Sequence record: SRR31156797_707
Strand: one strand, 5' to 3'
DNA: 20,000 nt
Shown here piece by piece: positions 7,729 through 14,908 of the stretch. Position 1 is the first letter of the stretch. Each line of letters begins with the position of its first letter. The translations under genes and the position numbers were made by a program. The notes beneath the pieces are model-generated. The model made no database searches. It had not been told where the DNA came from and saw only the letters and a program-made list of their open reading frames with translations.

Positions 7729-8882
7729 ATGCCTGCCGCCTTAAGCTCTTTAAATGCCTGCTTAATTCTGTCCATCTCATCAAGAACATCAAGCCTGAGT
7801 GACAAACGAAGCCTAGCACTATTCGCCGGTACAGTTGGCGGTCTGATCGCAGCAACATACATTCCTTTTTCAAGCAGAAACTCTTTCGCAAGGAGAGCAC
7901 GCTTGTTATCACCTAGTATAACAGGAATGATCTGTGTCATACTTGCTCCTGTATCAAACCCTAAGTCCATAAGATATAAACGTAACTCCTCCGCCGCATC
8001 AAGGAGCCTGCCCCCTATTTCAGGGTATTTCGCCATATATTTAAGTGCACCGATCGTAGCCCCGATAACCGCAGGAGGGAGAGATGTGGAATATATAAAT
8101 GATCGTGATTTATTGCGCAGATAGTCAATTATAGTCTCATCAGAGGCAACATATCCGCCAAATGAGCCGAGAGCCTTACTAAATGTTCCCATGTGAATGT
8201 CGATCCTGTCAGCAAGACCAACCTCGTGTGCATAGCCTCGCCCACGACCGAAAACGCCCGTTGCGTGTGCCTCGTCTATGATGGTCATTGCGCCATACTT
8301 CTCTGCTAATGACACAATTTTATAGAGCGGGCAAACGTCACCGTCCATACTGAAAACAGTGTCAGTGGTAATAACCTTCTCTTTTACGTCCTTATGTTTT
8401 TCAAGGAGTTCTTCGAGGTCAGCCATATCCCTATGCTTATACCTAATGTGTTTAGCACCGGAGAGCTTTATGCCGTCTATGATACTTGCGTGGTTAAGCT
8501 TATCAGAGAAAACGTGAGTATCACGCCCGCATAGTGCTGAAAAAATAGCCAGATTCGCCGCATAGCCTGAGTTGTAAACAAGAGCCAATTCTCTATTTTT
8601 ATAACTGGCAACCTTACGCTCAAGATCGTCATAAATCTTATAGTTACCAGTAACTATCCTCGATGCACCGCTTGTTGTTCCGTAAGTTTCAACAGCTTTT
8701 ACAGCTTCATCTCGGACTATATCAAGCTCAGACAAACCAAGGTAGTTGTTAGATGACAGATTCAGGTATTTTTTATCGTTTAGCACAATAAACTTACCAG
8801 AGCCATTTTCAATTTGTGGCATCTCACGGTACAGGTCTTCGTTTTTGAACTTTTCCAGTTCTCTAAGTATCTTGTCTCTCAT
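7725..8882 (-). CDS. bioF: 8-amino-7-oxononanoate synthase
   Basis: SSNNYLGL, SGASR, SGYAAN, SDKLNHASIIDG, FSMDGD, DEAHATG, GTFSKALG (PLP Lys), IRPPTVP. Confidence 0.95.
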   Translation of the reverse strand: MRDKILRELEKFKNEDLYREMPQIENGSGKFIVLNDKKYLNLSSNNYLGLSELDIVRDEAVKAVETYGTTSGASRIVTGNYKIYDDLERKVASYKNRELALVYNSGYAANLAIFSALCGRDTHVFSDKLNHASIIDGIKLSGAKHIRYKHRDMADLEELLEKHKDVKEKVITTDTVFSMDGDVCPLYKIVSLAEKYGAMTIIDEAHATGVFGRGRGYAHEVGLADRIDIHMGTFSKALGSFGGYVASDETIIDYLRNKSRSFIYSTSLPPAVIGATIGALKYMAKYPEIGGRLLDAAEELRLYLMDLGFDTGASMTQIIPVILGDNKRALLAKEFLLEKGMYVAAIRPPTVPANSARLRLSLRLDVLDEMDRIKQAFKELKAAGI

Positions 8883-8888
8883 AAAACG

Positions 8889-8916
8889 ATAATATCAGAG
8901 TAGCCTAAAGTGTCAA
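8889..8916 (-). promoter_or_regulatory. Sigma70 promoter of bioF (TTGACA-16 bp-TATTAT, extended TG), probably leaderless
   Basis: Minus strand reads TTGACA ctttaggctactc TGa TATTAT cgtttt ATG; the -10 box ends 6 nt before the start codon and there is no SD. Confidence 0.65.
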
Positions 8917-8945
8917 TAATATGCTAGTCTATTAAGCAAAACTTA

Positions 8946-9044
8946 GTCATTGCGAAGCTCTGAAAGAGCTGTGGCAATCTTCTCACGTTGCACTATCAAA
9001 CCAGACTGGAAGACTGCCGCGTCGCTTCGCTTTCTCGCTGTGAC
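8946..9044. repeat. Palindromic REP/REPIN-like element with GTCA...TGAC ends (copy 1)
   Basis: GTCATTGCGA...TCGCTGTGAC terminal inverted repeat; inner GTGGCAATCTT...AAGACTGCCGC; internal hairpin AGCTCT-gaa-AGAGCT; related to 18588-18674. Confidence 0.75.
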
Positions 9045-9066
9045 ACATAAAAAATAAGGGCAAAAA

Positions 9067-10392
9067 ATGAAACCAGTTACAAATATATGGCACCCGTGTA
9101 CCCAGATGAAAGACCACGAGAAATACCCTATAATCAAAATCGACAGGGGTGAGGGGATATACCTTTACGACGATAAAGGGAACGAATACATCGACGCTGT
9201 ATCAAGCTGGTGGGTAAATATTTTCGGTCATAACAACCCAAGACTTAAAGACGCGATCAAAAGACAGCTCGACAAGCTTGAGCACGTAATTTTTGCAGGT
9301 CTCACACACGACCCAGCCCTTGAGCTCACTGAAAGACTGCTCAAAATCACACCTGATAACCTTACAAAAGTTTTTTACGCTGATATAGGTTCCGCCGCTG
9401 TGGAATCAGCGATGAAACTTAGCTACGGCTACCGGAAAAATAACGGCATCACGGCGAAAAAACGCTTTATCTACCTCGACCACGGCTATCACGGCGAGAC
9501 CCTAGGCGCACTATCTGTCTGCGGTGAACAGCTCTACACAGAGCTTTACGGCGACATTATGATGGATAACATCCGTGTGATAGGTCCCGACTGTTATAAA
9601 TGCCAATACGGAAAAACTCGTAATGACTGTAACGCTGAATGCTTCGAACATATGGAACAAGCGATGGAGAAACACGCCCACGAAACCACCGCAGTAATGA
9701 TAGAGCCACTCCTTCAGTGTGCTGGCGGGATGAAGATGTTTCCGCCGATATACCTAAAGAAGCTTTGCGAGGCGGCAAAAGAGCACGATATACACACTAT
9801 ATTTGATGAGATCGCATCCGGCTTCGGTCGTACAGGAACCATGTTCGGCTTCGAGCAGGCTAATGTTAAACCGGATTTCGTTTGCGTATCTAAAGGGCTT
9901 ACGTCCGGCTATCTCCCTCTGGCGGCGGTTCTCACCACTGATGAAGTTTATTCCGCCTTTTACGATGAGTACGAAAGCCTTAAAGCCTTCCTTCACAGCC
10001 ACAGCTTCACCGGAAATCCACTTGCGTGCGCAGTTGCAAATGAATCTATGCAGATGTTTGAAGAGCTTAATATCGTTGAAGAAAACAGAGCTAAGTTTAA
10101 GGTTTTGCAAGACTACTTAGACGAGAAATTCATAGGGAAACCACACGTTGGCGAAGTTCGTCACCTCGGAACAGTTAGTGCTGTTGAGCTTGTTAAAAAC
10201 GTATCAACTAAAGAAAAATTCGACTGGAAAGACCGCGCAGGGTTCCAGATTTTCCGTAAAGCCATCACCAAAGGCGCATACCTCCGCAACATTGGCGATT
10301 CTATGTATTTCATGACACCTTACACAATCACCGAAGACGAGCTGATCAAACTTGCAGATATCTGCTACGACTCAGTTTACGAGGTTTTATAG
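9067..10392 (+). CDS. bioA: Adenosylmethionine-8-amino-7-oxononanoate aminotransferase
   Basis: IWHPCTQM, DAVSSWWVNIFGH, YHGETLGA, DEIASGFGRTG, SKGLTSGYLP, FLHSHSFTGNPLAC. Confidence 0.95.
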   Translation: MKPVTNIWHPCTQMKDHEKYPIIKIDRGEGIYLYDDKGNEYIDAVSSWWVNIFGHNNPRLKDAIKRQLDKLEHVIFAGLTHDPALELTERLLKITPDNLTKVFYADIGSAAVESAMKLSYGYRKNNGITAKKRFIYLDHGYHGETLGALSVCGEQLYTELYGDIMMDNIRVIGPDCYKCQYGKTRNDCNAECFEHMEQAMEKHAHETTAVMIEPLLQCAGGMKMFPPIYLKKLCEAAKEHDIHTIFDEIASGFGRTGTMFGFEQANVKPDFVCVSKGLTSGYLPLAAVLTTDEVYSAFYDEYESLKAFLHSHSFTGNPLACAVANESMQMFEELNIVEENRAKFKVLQDYLDEKFIGKPHVGEVRHLGTVSAVELVKNVSTKEKFDWKDRAGFQIFRKAITKGAYLRNIGDSMYFMTPYTITEDELIKLADICYDSVYEVL

Positions 10393-10989
10393 ATGAAGAG
10401 AATATATATCACCGGAACAGACACAGAAGTGGGTAAGACATATTTTTCCGGCTTGCTATGTAAACATCTTGCAGATAAGGGTTATTCCGTCTGCTATATC
10501 AAACCTGTTCAGACAGGGTATCCCGCTGATGATGACGCTAAAACCGTGGCAAAGATGTCAGGTGTTGCTGATTGTAAGGTACTGCATACGGCTGAGCCAC
10601 CCGTTGCGCCGTATATAGCTTTCGACGAGTTCCCATATGAAGAGACTGTTGAGACTATCAACTCTGTCAGCGGTTTTGACTGGCTTATCGTCGAGGGTGC
10701 AGGTGGGATTATGGTTCCTCTGGACGGACAGTATATGAACTACGATCTGGCGAGAGACTGCAATCTCTCCTGTGTAGTTGTGGTTCCTAACAGACTGGGC
10801 TGTATAAATCACTCACTCCTGAACAAGCATTTTATAGAAACTAACAAGATAGATTTCGCTGGGTTTGCGGTAAATAATCACTTTATGAAGAGTAAGTTCG
10901 ACAGGTTTAACATATCCATGCTGAACGACCTGACAGCTCACTCTGTCAGGTACATTTTCAGCAAAGATTTAGAGTATATAAACGATTAA
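10393..10989 (+). CDS. bioD: Dethiobiotin synthase
   Basis: YITGTDTEVGKT P-loop, KPVQTG, VEGAGG, LGCINH; abuts the bioA stop. Confidence 0.95.
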   Translation: MKRIYITGTDTEVGKTYFSGLLCKHLADKGYSVCYIKPVQTGYPADDDAKTVAKMSGVADCKVLHTAEPPVAPYIAFDEFPYEETVETINSVSGFDWLIVEGAGGIMVPLDGQYMNYDLARDCNLSCVVVVPNRLGCINHSLLNKHFIETNKIDFAGFAVNNHFMKSKFDRFNISMLNDLTAHSVRYIFSKDLEYIND

Positions 10990-10996
10990 CGGTAAG

Positions 10997-11464
10997 TTAT
11001 GCGGTAATATAGCTTCGCATAGCTGAAACATCAGCGAGTGATCCGCCAGCTCCGGCCTTATTAGAGCCTGCGATAGCTTCGTAAATCTCGTCCGGTTCGA
11101 TGTTATTCAGAGCATCCATATAGCGGTTAGCCACATCGAGTGCGCTCAGCATTTCATCTTCTGTCTTAGGGATTGTTATGTATTCTGAGCCGAAGTGAAA
11201 ATATTTCTCTCTGGCGATCTCTATAGCTTCCTCAAGAACAGGATTGTCTTTATCAACATAGCCGAGAGCGTTAAGTGCTTCCGGTGCATATTCTTTTAGA
11301 GCTGCGTATGCCTCTTCTGAAAGCTGTACAGAATCAGCAATAGCCTTAGCCTCGCCGCCTGTTGTCTCTCTGAGGTGAGTCTCAAGTGACTCAACATGAT
11401 TTGCAGATTCCTGCTCTATGTTTCCGTTTACTGACTGTTGGTAATAATTTCCATTAACTATCAT
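10997..11464 (-). CDS. Hypothetical acidic protein with one LSEEAY...LGY motif
   Basis: 155 aa, GGGGG SD-like element and sigma54 promoter upstream; aa 44-69 DSVQLSEEAYAALKEYAPEALNALGY matches two repeats in the neighbouring gene. Confidence 0.85.
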   Translation of the reverse strand: MIVNGNYYQQSVNGNIEQESANHVESLETHLRETTGGEAKAIADSVQLSEEAYAALKEYAPEALNALGYVDKDNPVLEEAIEIAREKYFHFGSEYITIPKTEDEMLSALDVANRYMDALNNIEPDEIYEAIAGSNKAGAGGSLADVSAMRSYITA

Positions 11465-11499
11465 TTTTTGCCCCCGTTATAAGGTTTCACTGGTATATG

Positions 11500-11516
11500 A
11501 GCATGTTGCGTGCCAA
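11500..11516 (-). promoter_or_regulatory. Sigma54 (-24/-12) promoter
   Basis: Minus strand TTGGCACGCAACATGCT = GG-N10-GC, ending about 35 nt before ATG 11464. Confidence 0.8.
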
Positions 11517-11537
11517 AAATTAGCGGAATAATTTTCA

Positions 11538-11897
11538 CTATTCAGTTTCTTCAGCAGGTAATTCATATCCAAGTTGCTCTAACAGTTCAGGATTTGTATC
11601 TTTCAGAACTGAGTAAGCTTCTTCTGAAAGCTCTACCTTATCCAGAAGTGAACCGGAAGATGATGTCAGGGTGTCTGTCACTTCATCACTAGTCTGATAG
11701 CCGAGTGCCGCAAGCATTCCAGGGTTACTTTCTTCAATAGCAGCATAAGCTTCCTCTGATAGTTCAAGCGAGTCAAACAAGCTCGATGAGCTGTCATCGT
11801 CATCACTGTTGAGGTAATCTACCAGAGATTTTTGTTCGGTTGAGTTGGTTTTCAAATACTCAGCATATGCGCTGTTGACCTGATTGGTGATGTACAT
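11538..11897 (-). CDS. Hypothetical acidic Ser-rich protein with two LSEEAY...LGY repeats
   Basis: 119 aa, AGGAGGA SD; repeats at aa 42-67 (DSLELSEEAYAAIEESNPGMLAALGY) and aa 86-111 (DKVELSEEAYSVLKDTNPELLEQLGY), 44-aa period. Confidence 0.88.
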   Translation of the reverse strand: MYITNQVNSAYAEYLKTNSTEQKSLVDYLNSDDDDSSSSLFDSLELSEEAYAAIEESNPGMLAALGYQTSDEVTDTLTSSSGSLLDKVELSEEAYSVLKDTNPELLEQLGYELPAEETE

Positions 11898-11930
11898 TTT
11901 TTCCTCCTAAAACTTCTTTTGCATACACAA

Positions 11931-11947
11931 AGCAGGATGTATGCCAA
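11931..11947 (-). promoter_or_regulatory. Sigma54 (-24/-12) promoter
   Basis: Minus strand TTGGCATACATCCTGCT = GG-N10-GC, ending about 33 nt before ATG 11897. Confidence 0.8.
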
Positions 11948-12004
11948 GAATGAGCGTTTCAGCAGAAAACCGGAAATCACATTAAATATCCACAATAATT
12001 AAAA

Positions 12005-13162
12005 CTATTTAGGGTCGATGTCTTTGAAAAACTCAGCCATCTCAGAAAGTGTATCCTTAGCTGGCTGGGCATATTTAAAGTCTGAAGGAATTTCCACACC
12101 TTTCCCCTGTATAAAAGCCTGAAAGTTAGTACCAAAACCGCCGTCAGGCATGATAAGTGCCTTTATGGAAGCTTTAGAAAGGTCGCTTTCAGCTTCGTTT
12201 ATCTCGTCTAAGATGCCGGACTGAACAAGGTAGAGCCACTGCGGCATGAACGCCATAGGCTCAAGCCCTTTATTAGCCCCGTATAGCGAGAGTGAGGTAA
12301 AGTCTACAAAAGCTGTGAGATCCTGATAGCCGATGCGATCGAAGAAATCATTGTTTTGCGTGTGGTTATAATAACAGGTAACGGTTCCGTCCCTGCGGTA
12401 AGATTGGTAAAGCATAGGTGCTTCGAAGCCGTAGTCGATGGTGAGCATAATACCTTTGGTGATCTTGTCAGCCATAGCCTCTATGAAGCTTCTAAGGTCT
12501 AGGTTTATGTCAACTATCTGAGTATCAACGACATTAAGCTGAAGGTTATCAAGAAATTCTTTTAGTTCAGGGGTTGAAAGTTCACCAGGGTTAAACCTAA
12601 GTGCGCCATCGATCTTTTTAACATAAAGCTCTTTAAGCTCGCCGTCCATACGGATAACTCTGTGAACAGGGAAAGCATCCACAAGCTCGTTAGAGTAGAA
12701 AACGCCTCTGAAATCGTTAAGCTCGTCGAAAGTAATCCACTTAACCTTATTCGGGTGCTCTTTTTCGATGAGCTCCTTCTGGCGTTTGATAAGATATTCA
12801 CTCTTTTCTATGATCATATAGTCGAGAGTTTCATAGAACTTCGGGTCTTTCTCTTTCACATAATTGAGGATGTCGTTAGCGAGCATTCCGCTCCCTGCAC
12901 CCATCTCGCAAAAGCGGCTTTCAAGACCTAAGAGTTCTGTCATATATAGGAAAGAGCGTGCAAGTGTACGCCCGAATGATTCGGAAGCGTTAACAGAAGT
13001 GTAAAAACTCCCCTGTTGTCCGAACGGATTTTGTTTCTGATAGTAGCCAAGCCCATCTTTATAAAGTGCGATGTCCATAAACTCGGCAAAAGTAATCTGA
13101 CCTTTCTCTTCGATCAGCTCTTCAACGTATTTCTCTAATGTATTATCTAAATTTTTATCCAC
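12005..13162 (-). CDS. SAM-dependent methyltransferase, MidA/NDUFAF7 (DUF185) family
   Basis: ITFAEFMDIALY...GYY...FGQQGSFYTS, EMGAGSG, SNELVDAFP, IDYG, QDLTAFVDFT; GTG start overlaps the upstream TAG. Confidence 0.9.
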   Translation of the reverse strand: MDKNLDNTLEKYVEELIEEKGQITFAEFMDIALYKDGLGYYQKQNPFGQQGSFYTSVNASESFGRTLARSFLYMTELLGLESRFCEMGAGSGMLANDILNYVKEKDPKFYETLDYMIIEKSEYLIKRQKELIEKEHPNKVKWITFDELNDFRGVFYSNELVDAFPVHRVIRMDGELKELYVKKIDGALRFNPGELSTPELKEFLDNLQLNVVDTQIVDINLDLRSFIEAMADKITKGIMLTIDYGFEAPMLYQSYRRDGTVTCYYNHTQNNDFFDRIGYQDLTAFVDFTSLSLYGANKGLEPMAFMPQWLYLVQSGILDEINEAESDLSKASIKALIMPDGGFGTNFQAFIQGKGVEIPSDFKYAQPAKDTLSEMAEFFKDIDPK

Positions 13163-13878
13163 TATTGTACTCTGAAATTTAATATTATCTCGGCAATCTC
13201 TGGTTCCGCTGCCAAGACGGCATTAAACTTCAATTTCTTAACAAAGTCAATGGCGAGACGCTCAATCTTAGAATCTGTACTGTTGAGCAGTATGATAGAA
13301 TAAGTATTCCCTTCCCTGTCCACCTTAAAGCCCACACGGACAATGGTGTCCGCAGAGAGTGAGAAGACAGGTCGCTCCGGGCTGTTGGTTAGCCTCCGGT
13401 TGCGGTTAAGGTTTTTGATAACAAAGAAGTCTTTAGCATTTCCATCTTCGCTGGTGACGTCAGATTCTATACCTTCGCCTGCTTTATTAGCCTTCTGAAA
13501 GTCATCAGATGTTGACTTAAGCTCTTTTAAAAGCTCCTCGTCCGGCTTAAGCCTGCTTGTATTCTCTAGCTTACTCACGTTCAGCTCAGGGATTTTAACA
13601 TCGAGCTCGTCCGTGCCTGTGATGTCAGGGATGTCAATATCCGGCACGATGAGAGCCGGTGCGGTCGCCTCGTTGGTCTCTGCATTTTTGCTCACAGCAC
13701 TGGAGCCGACCTTCTGTTTAGGAGCAGGAGGGAGCTCCCTTATGGAAGTGCGGACAATCTCTACCTCTACGGTGCGTTTCCTAGGCTTGAGTATAAGGTC
13801 AAAGCCTGGGATTGTACCAAGAGCAATGTAGTGGACAGCCAATGATATGATTATTGCGGGCAGAAACCTGAGTAACAT
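13162..13878 (-). CDS. TonB-like energy transducer
   Basis: N-terminal TM with S-x3-H (IISLAVH), Pro-containing linker, C-terminal TonB_C-like segment (VRVGFKVDREG...IERLAIDFVKKLKF); follows exbD. Confidence 0.7.
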   Translation of the reverse strand: MLLRFLPAIIISLAVHYIALGTIPGFDLILKPRKRTVEVEIVRTSIRELPPAPKQKVGSSAVSKNAETNEATAPALIVPDIDIPDITGTDELDVKIPELNVSKLENTSRLKPDEELLKELKSTSDDFQKANKAGEGIESDVTSEDGNAKDFFVIKNLNRNRRLTNSPERPVFSLSADTIVRVGFKVDREGNTYSIILLNSTDSKIERLAIDFVKKLKFNAVLAAEPEIAEIILNFRVQ

Positions 13879-14277
13879 TTATTCCTCTTCTACTGCTATT
13901 GCAAACTTGTCGAAACCAGCTTTACGGCTGGCATCCATAACAAAAACGACCTTTCCGTGGGTTACGTTTTTGTCAGCTTCTATAATGACAGTGCTTTCCG
14001 GCTTGGTCTTTTTCATCTCTGTGAGGTGCGATATAACAGCCTTCTCTTCGTAAACTTCGCCATCAATATTTATCAGCCCTGACTGGGTGAGCACCACACG
14101 AATATTTTCGCTGACGCTTGTCTCGTCACCCTTAGCCGCAGGGAGATTGACATCTATCGAGTTTGAAAAGATGAATGTCGTAGATACCATGAAAAAGATC
14201 AAAAGCAGGAAGACCACGTCGATAAGAGGTGTAAGATTAACCTCTATATTTGTCTCTTCCTTCTGGGAAAATCTCAT
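13879..14277 (-). CDS. exbD: ExbD/TolR family protein
   Basis: NLTPLIDVVFLLLIFFMV with the essential Asp, IDVNLPAA, IEADKNVTHGKVVFVMD. Confidence 0.9.
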   Translation of the reverse strand: MRFSQKEETNIEVNLTPLIDVVFLLLIFFMVSTTFIFSNSIDVNLPAAKGDETSVSENIRVVLTQSGLINIDGEVYEEKAVISHLTEMKKTKPESTVIIEADKNVTHGKVVFVMDASRKAGFDKFAIAVEEE

Positions 14278-14895
14278 TTAACCCTCTTTAAATATCTGGT
14301 TGATAATCTCGCTCGCCGACTTTTCAAGCTCAAGTGTAACTCTCTCTGAGCGGAAGCGGATGATGTAGTAGAAAACCACTGTCGGTATAGCTACTGAAAG
14401 CCCCGCAGCAGTTGTTATAAGCGCTTCTGAGATACCGCCTGCAAGTGCCTGAGCATTACCCACACCCTGCTGACCGATAACTATGAAGGTTTTGATCATA
14501 CCGATAACAGTACCGAGCAGACCGAGCAGAGGTGAGATGCTCGCAATCGCCTGAAGCGAACGGAGAAACCTTGTAAGTCTGTTTGCGTGATATCTGCCTG
14601 ATTCCTCAACAGTCTCCATAAGCCTCTGGAGCGGAAGGTCGAGGTTTGTCAGTATGTCTTTTGTAACCATTGCCAGTGCGGAACCATCCTTCTCACACAT
14701 GACAAGAGCTTCGTCAATGTTCTTCTTCTTAAGCGTTTCTTTCACATCTGCAAGAAACTTAGCCGGAGCAAACTTTCCAGCACGAAGTGTGACAAGCCTC
14801 TCCAGAAATATTGCAAGTGAGAGCACAGACAGAATGATGATCGGGTACATAAGTACACCGCCCTTCTCTATCAGCTCCATATTGAATTCAAGCAT
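14278..14895 (-). CDS. exbB: MotA/TolQ/ExbB proton channel protein
   Basis: GGVLMYPI, SPLLGLLGTVIGM, LAGGISEALITTAAGLSVAIP; AAGGAGG SD. Confidence 0.88.
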   Translation of the reverse strand: MLEFNMELIEKGGVLMYPIIILSVLSLAIFLERLVTLRAGKFAPAKFLADVKETLKKKNIDEALVMCEKDGSALAMVTKDILTNLDLPLQRLMETVEESGRYHANRLTRFLRSLQAIASISPLLGLLGTVIGMIKTFIVIGQQGVGNAQALAGGISEALITTAAGLSVAIPTVVFYYIIRFRSERVTLELEKSASEIINQIFKEG

Positions 14896-14908
14896 AAAGA
14901 TCCTCCTT

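Noticed and set aside
8943-9137. 64-aa minus-strand ORF
   Set aside because: Made of antisense bioA plus the palindromic repeat; no independent coding evidence.
11258-11774. Possible CRISPR or DNA tandem repeat
   Set aside because: Similarity is at the protein level with synonymous divergence; no identical DNA repeats, regular spacers or cas genes.
11985-11993. DnaA-box-like ATATCCACA (and TTATCCACT near 13155)
   Set aside because: Isolated, mismatched, no cluster or unwinding element; not an origin.
13162-14895. Calling the motor TolQ-TolR-TolA
   Set aside because: No tolB or pal nearby and no long Lys/Ala-rich TolA helix; labelled ExbB/ExbD/TonB-like instead.
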